DNA of 64,000 nt from Malacoraja senta (lineage: Eukaryota). Where the stretch lies: the NCBI GenBank assembly GCA_038087875.1, contig JAXLNO010000675.1:1-64000 (forward strand), written 5' to 3'. Under the pieces are notes generated by a model. The model was not told the DNA's origin, did no database searches, and saw only the letters and a list, made by a program, of their open reading frames with translations. Below are positions 61,201 through 64,000 of this stretch, one piece after another. Made by a program: the position numbers and the translations under genes. Every line of letters begins with the position of its first letter. The first letter of the stretch is position 1.

Positions 61201-63283
61201 GATGCTTCTGTTGACTGTTTTGTCCTTCCTATAATCAGGACATCATCCACGTATGCCATTAGTACATGCCCCTTGCTCTCAGCAACCCCAGAATTGATTT
61301 TAACAATTTTATGCATATTCTGGGAGGGAACGTTAACCCATTAGGCAGAGCTTTGAACTGCCCTAATTGGTTCATCCATGTAAATTTAAGATACTTCATA
61401 TCTTGCAAGTGAACAGACACTGAACAAAAGGATTCAGACTTGTCAAGTCTATAATAATCCTACATCCTCCATCCTTTTTTGATCGAGGGAATATATTTGA
61501 CCCAAATTGGTGAATTTGGCAGACTGATTCTACAATAACACCTTTTATATATAGGGTTTTGAAGCGCAACTTGAACCTCCTTTACTTCGCAAAGTGGAGA
61601 GTTCTGCTAGGAACATGCTGGACAGGCAAATCATAATTTGGATTGAATTCAATTCGAAATCCTTGTATATTATTCAGAATTACCACATCTGAAGTAATCT
61701 TCTTCCAATGTTTATAGAAGAGACGTAATCTGCCTCCAACTTTTGGACTTAATCCAGTTAGTATGTTCCCCTGAGAACCAGGTCCACCTACCTCTTGAGT
61801 CATTTGAGTATTCTGAGATCCCTGGATTCTCCCGGAAGCACCACCACTGGTCCTTACTCCCGCTGCAGGCCGCCAACTACGTCCCTGCGTTGATGAGCGA
61901 CTTGGTCCTGGTCTAGGATCCGTATGACGTCTCAAAGGATACTTCCTCTTTACAGACTTTGCAACCATTGATGTTTTTATCAATCCTGTTTTCGCTTCAT
62001 CTTCCAACTCTTTAATACGTCTCCCGAGATCCTCTCCAAAGAGTAAGTTGGGTAATTGTATATTACTTGGTTTGCAGAGTGCTGCGAATTTCGGATTCAT
62101 AGTAGGCCGTATAGCACTTTCCTCAGATAATTGATCTCGAAGTGGGTGCTGCATAGCAACCCCAGTGCTTCCTGATGCAACCTCGTCATCTCTTGGCTGT
62201 TACCTGCTATTGTGGTAAAAGCAGTTATTCCAGAACCCAGCAGCTTTAATATTCTCTGCAACTGATTCCAGATAATTTGGTTCACTGCTGCTGCTTTCAG
62301 TAACCCACAGTTACTTGGGGTCTCCTGCTTTCTTGCAGTCTCATCCATCTCCTGCTGTTCCAGCTGATGGTAAACCAAGTAATTTATTAAGGAGGCCAGT
62401 TCTTCTCCTAATGGCTCTCCTGACCCTGACGGGGCAGCGAATCCTACTGCCAGGGGTGGAACATCTGGCAGCTGCCGTTCATCGCCTTGTACAGCCTCAC
62501 CGTCAGAGTCGGGGTCTGAAATCTCATGACCCGTAGCACGCTACTCATTCCTGAGGGTGCATTCCATCAGCCCTGAGCCAGGTGCTGTTAAGCTGCTTCC
62601 TGCAACTTGGATTACAGTACACACCTTCCTGAGTGAACTTGCTCCAACAGCCTATGGAAAAGGCTTTCCATTTGGGCAATACGCTCGAAAGCAGTATCTA
62701 GCCCTGTACCAGGAGCTGTTTGAGCTGCTTCCAGCAACTCGGCTTTCAGTAGACTCCTCCCTGAGTGAACTTTGCTCCAACAGCCTATGTAAAAGGCTTT
62801 CTATTTGGGCAATTCGCTCGAAAGCAGTATCTAGCCCTGGAGCTACTTCCATTGCCTGGGACTCCCTCCGTGGGCCGTTGGGGTTTAAACTTCATCTTTT
62901 ACCCGACAGGCGCAGACTGTCTTTTCACCAGCCCCAGGTCCACAGTCGCTATGCTCACCGCTGGCGACTGTGCCGGGGTTTAGAGGCGGTTGGTCTCTAA
63001 CCGCAGACTCCCGACTTTCCCGACTTCTGTCGGCTGTGTCGCTCGCCTCTTCCCCCTGTCCGTTTTTTCCATGGCGTCAGTGGAAAAAATCCCCATAGAC
63101 CCACAGTAAACGGACCTGGAAAACATGAAAAAAGTTTCTACTTACCTTGTAGTTGAAAAACTACAAACCACTGTAGGAGCTCTGCTCCTCACATCCGTTT
63201 GCGTCACGGCGTCTGACGTAATGACGCGCAGGCGCACTGGCGGGGTTCTTCACGTAGTCACTCACGTGACTCCGAAGTAAAAT
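58260..63283 (-). mobile_element. DIRS1-type tyrosine-recombinase retrotransposon (decayed gag, RT/RNase H, methyltransferase, YR)
   Basis: ITRs (58335-58368 vs 63222-63255), ICR 58492-58605, AAT/ATT at both ends. Motifs: LLFGEDL (gag), VGGRLRLFYKHW, QTDASALGWG..GGRW..ITYLEL (RNase H), YIFPPF..VVPDWPTQPWYP (methyltransferase), RLMKGIFN.KPP.PKY and HSARAA..ILAAARWS..F..FY (YR). Confidence 0.93.
58946..59185 (-). mobile_element. 240-bp CR1 3' end inserted into the DIRS recombinase gene
   Basis: Close match to 47204-47445; AGAC at 58942-58945 and 59186-59189. Confidence 0.88.
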
Positions 63284-64000
63284 TGCTCTTATCAGTCGAG
63301 TAAACGGATAGATTAACACAGTCAAATACTGCTCTCTAAACTTCGTCTGTGTTACTGCATAGATGCACGTGTTTGTGCAACAACTAAGCAGCTGCAGCAT
63401 AAATCCTATTTCCGATACAAAGGGAGGAAGGAAAAAATCGGAATATCTCAAATTCCATATTCGTTGCCATATTAAATAGAATGTAAATACCGCCCATAAC
63501 AAAATGAAATTCCCGGAAATAATGAACAACAATATCACCGATTTCCTTCGATTCTCCATCTCGGGATCACTGGGGCTCTTCGCACTTTTCTGATCCCGGA
63601 GTCTCCTGCGGGCTCTGCTGACCACCAAAATATGTCTGACCGTTAAAGTATTGAGCAGCAGAATCAATACAAACGGGACACAGGGGGTGAGAATATAATG
63701 AAGAAACTCAATCGTTGACCAGGTAATTGAAAACATAACACGGACATCCATGTAACAAAACCAGGGAGTATTCGCCAATGTGTACCAAGATGTGTACATA
63801 AAATACCAGTAAACATTCTTTACACTGCTCAGCGCACTCATCGTGCCCAGAACCACAGCCGCTGTTTTCTCGGTGCAATATCTATGCTTCAGCTTTTGGC
63901 AACAGATGCCAACAAACCGGTCAAATGTGAAGGAGACGGTGAACCACACAGAACAGTCGGTCACCGCGTAAAGCAGGACGGCGTGGATATTACACAGGGG
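63161..64000 (-). CDS. GPR139-like GPCR copy 2 (partial; exon 2 runs off the window), C-terminus extended by read-through into the DIRS ITR
   Basis: About 11 aa differences from copy 1 over ~220 aa and no internal stop; the frame continues 39 codons into the DIRS to TAG at 63161. Confidence 0.8.
   Translation of the reverse strand, partial: PLCNIHAVLLYAVTDCSVWFTVSFTFDRFVGICCQKLKHRYCTEKTAAVVLGTMSALSSVKNVYWYFMYTSWYTLANTPWFCYMDVRVMFSITWSTIEFLHYILTPCVPFVLILLLNTLTVRHILVVSRARRRLRDQKSAKSPSDPEMENRRKSVILLFIISGNFILLWAVFTFYLIWQRIWNLRYSDFFLPPFVSEIGFMLQLLSCCTNTCIYAVTQTKFREQYLTVLIYPFTRLIRAILLRSHVSDYVKNPASAPARHYVRRRDANGCEEQSSYSGL

Larger units (their letters stand above)
44883..64000. repeat. Tandem segmental duplication, copy 2 (runs off the window)
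   Basis: Collinear with 19937-35499 apart from copy-specific insertions and deletions. Confidence 0.92.

Overview
Eukaryotic (vertebrate) genomic DNA that is almost entirely nested mobile elements. The mix of L1, CR1, Rex1/Babar, Neptune-type Penelope, DIRS and Helitron-like repeats plus tandem GPR139-like receptors suggests a cartilaginous fish (inference, not checked). 1-19.4 kb: a decayed + strand L1 is interrupted by a young Penelope-like element (PLE) in partial-tandem form, with an intact 1212-aa RT/GIY-YIG ORF and two minimal hammerhead ribozyme motifs; a near full-length decayed L1 (-), a CR1 (+) and a GC-rich non-autonomous retroposon follow. ~19.9-64 kb: two tandem copies (period ~25-28.5 kb) of a block made of an ancient fragmented ERV-like pol, nested CR1/Helitron-like insertions and a two-exon GPR139-like class A GPCR on the - strand. 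Copy-specific insertions can be read against the empty site in the other copy: a 2.36-kb DIRS-derived non-autonomous element carrying an unexplained decayed ORF, a solo LTR, two short retroposons, and a 5-kb DIRS whose terminal repeat now supplies the C-terminus of GPCR copy 2. The intron of GPCR copy 1 holds a 126-bp TSD-flanked hammerhead mini-element in sense orientation. The two GPCR copies are the only host genes seen. All calls come from reading the sequence by eye; no searches were run, and boundaries without a TSD or empty site are approximate.
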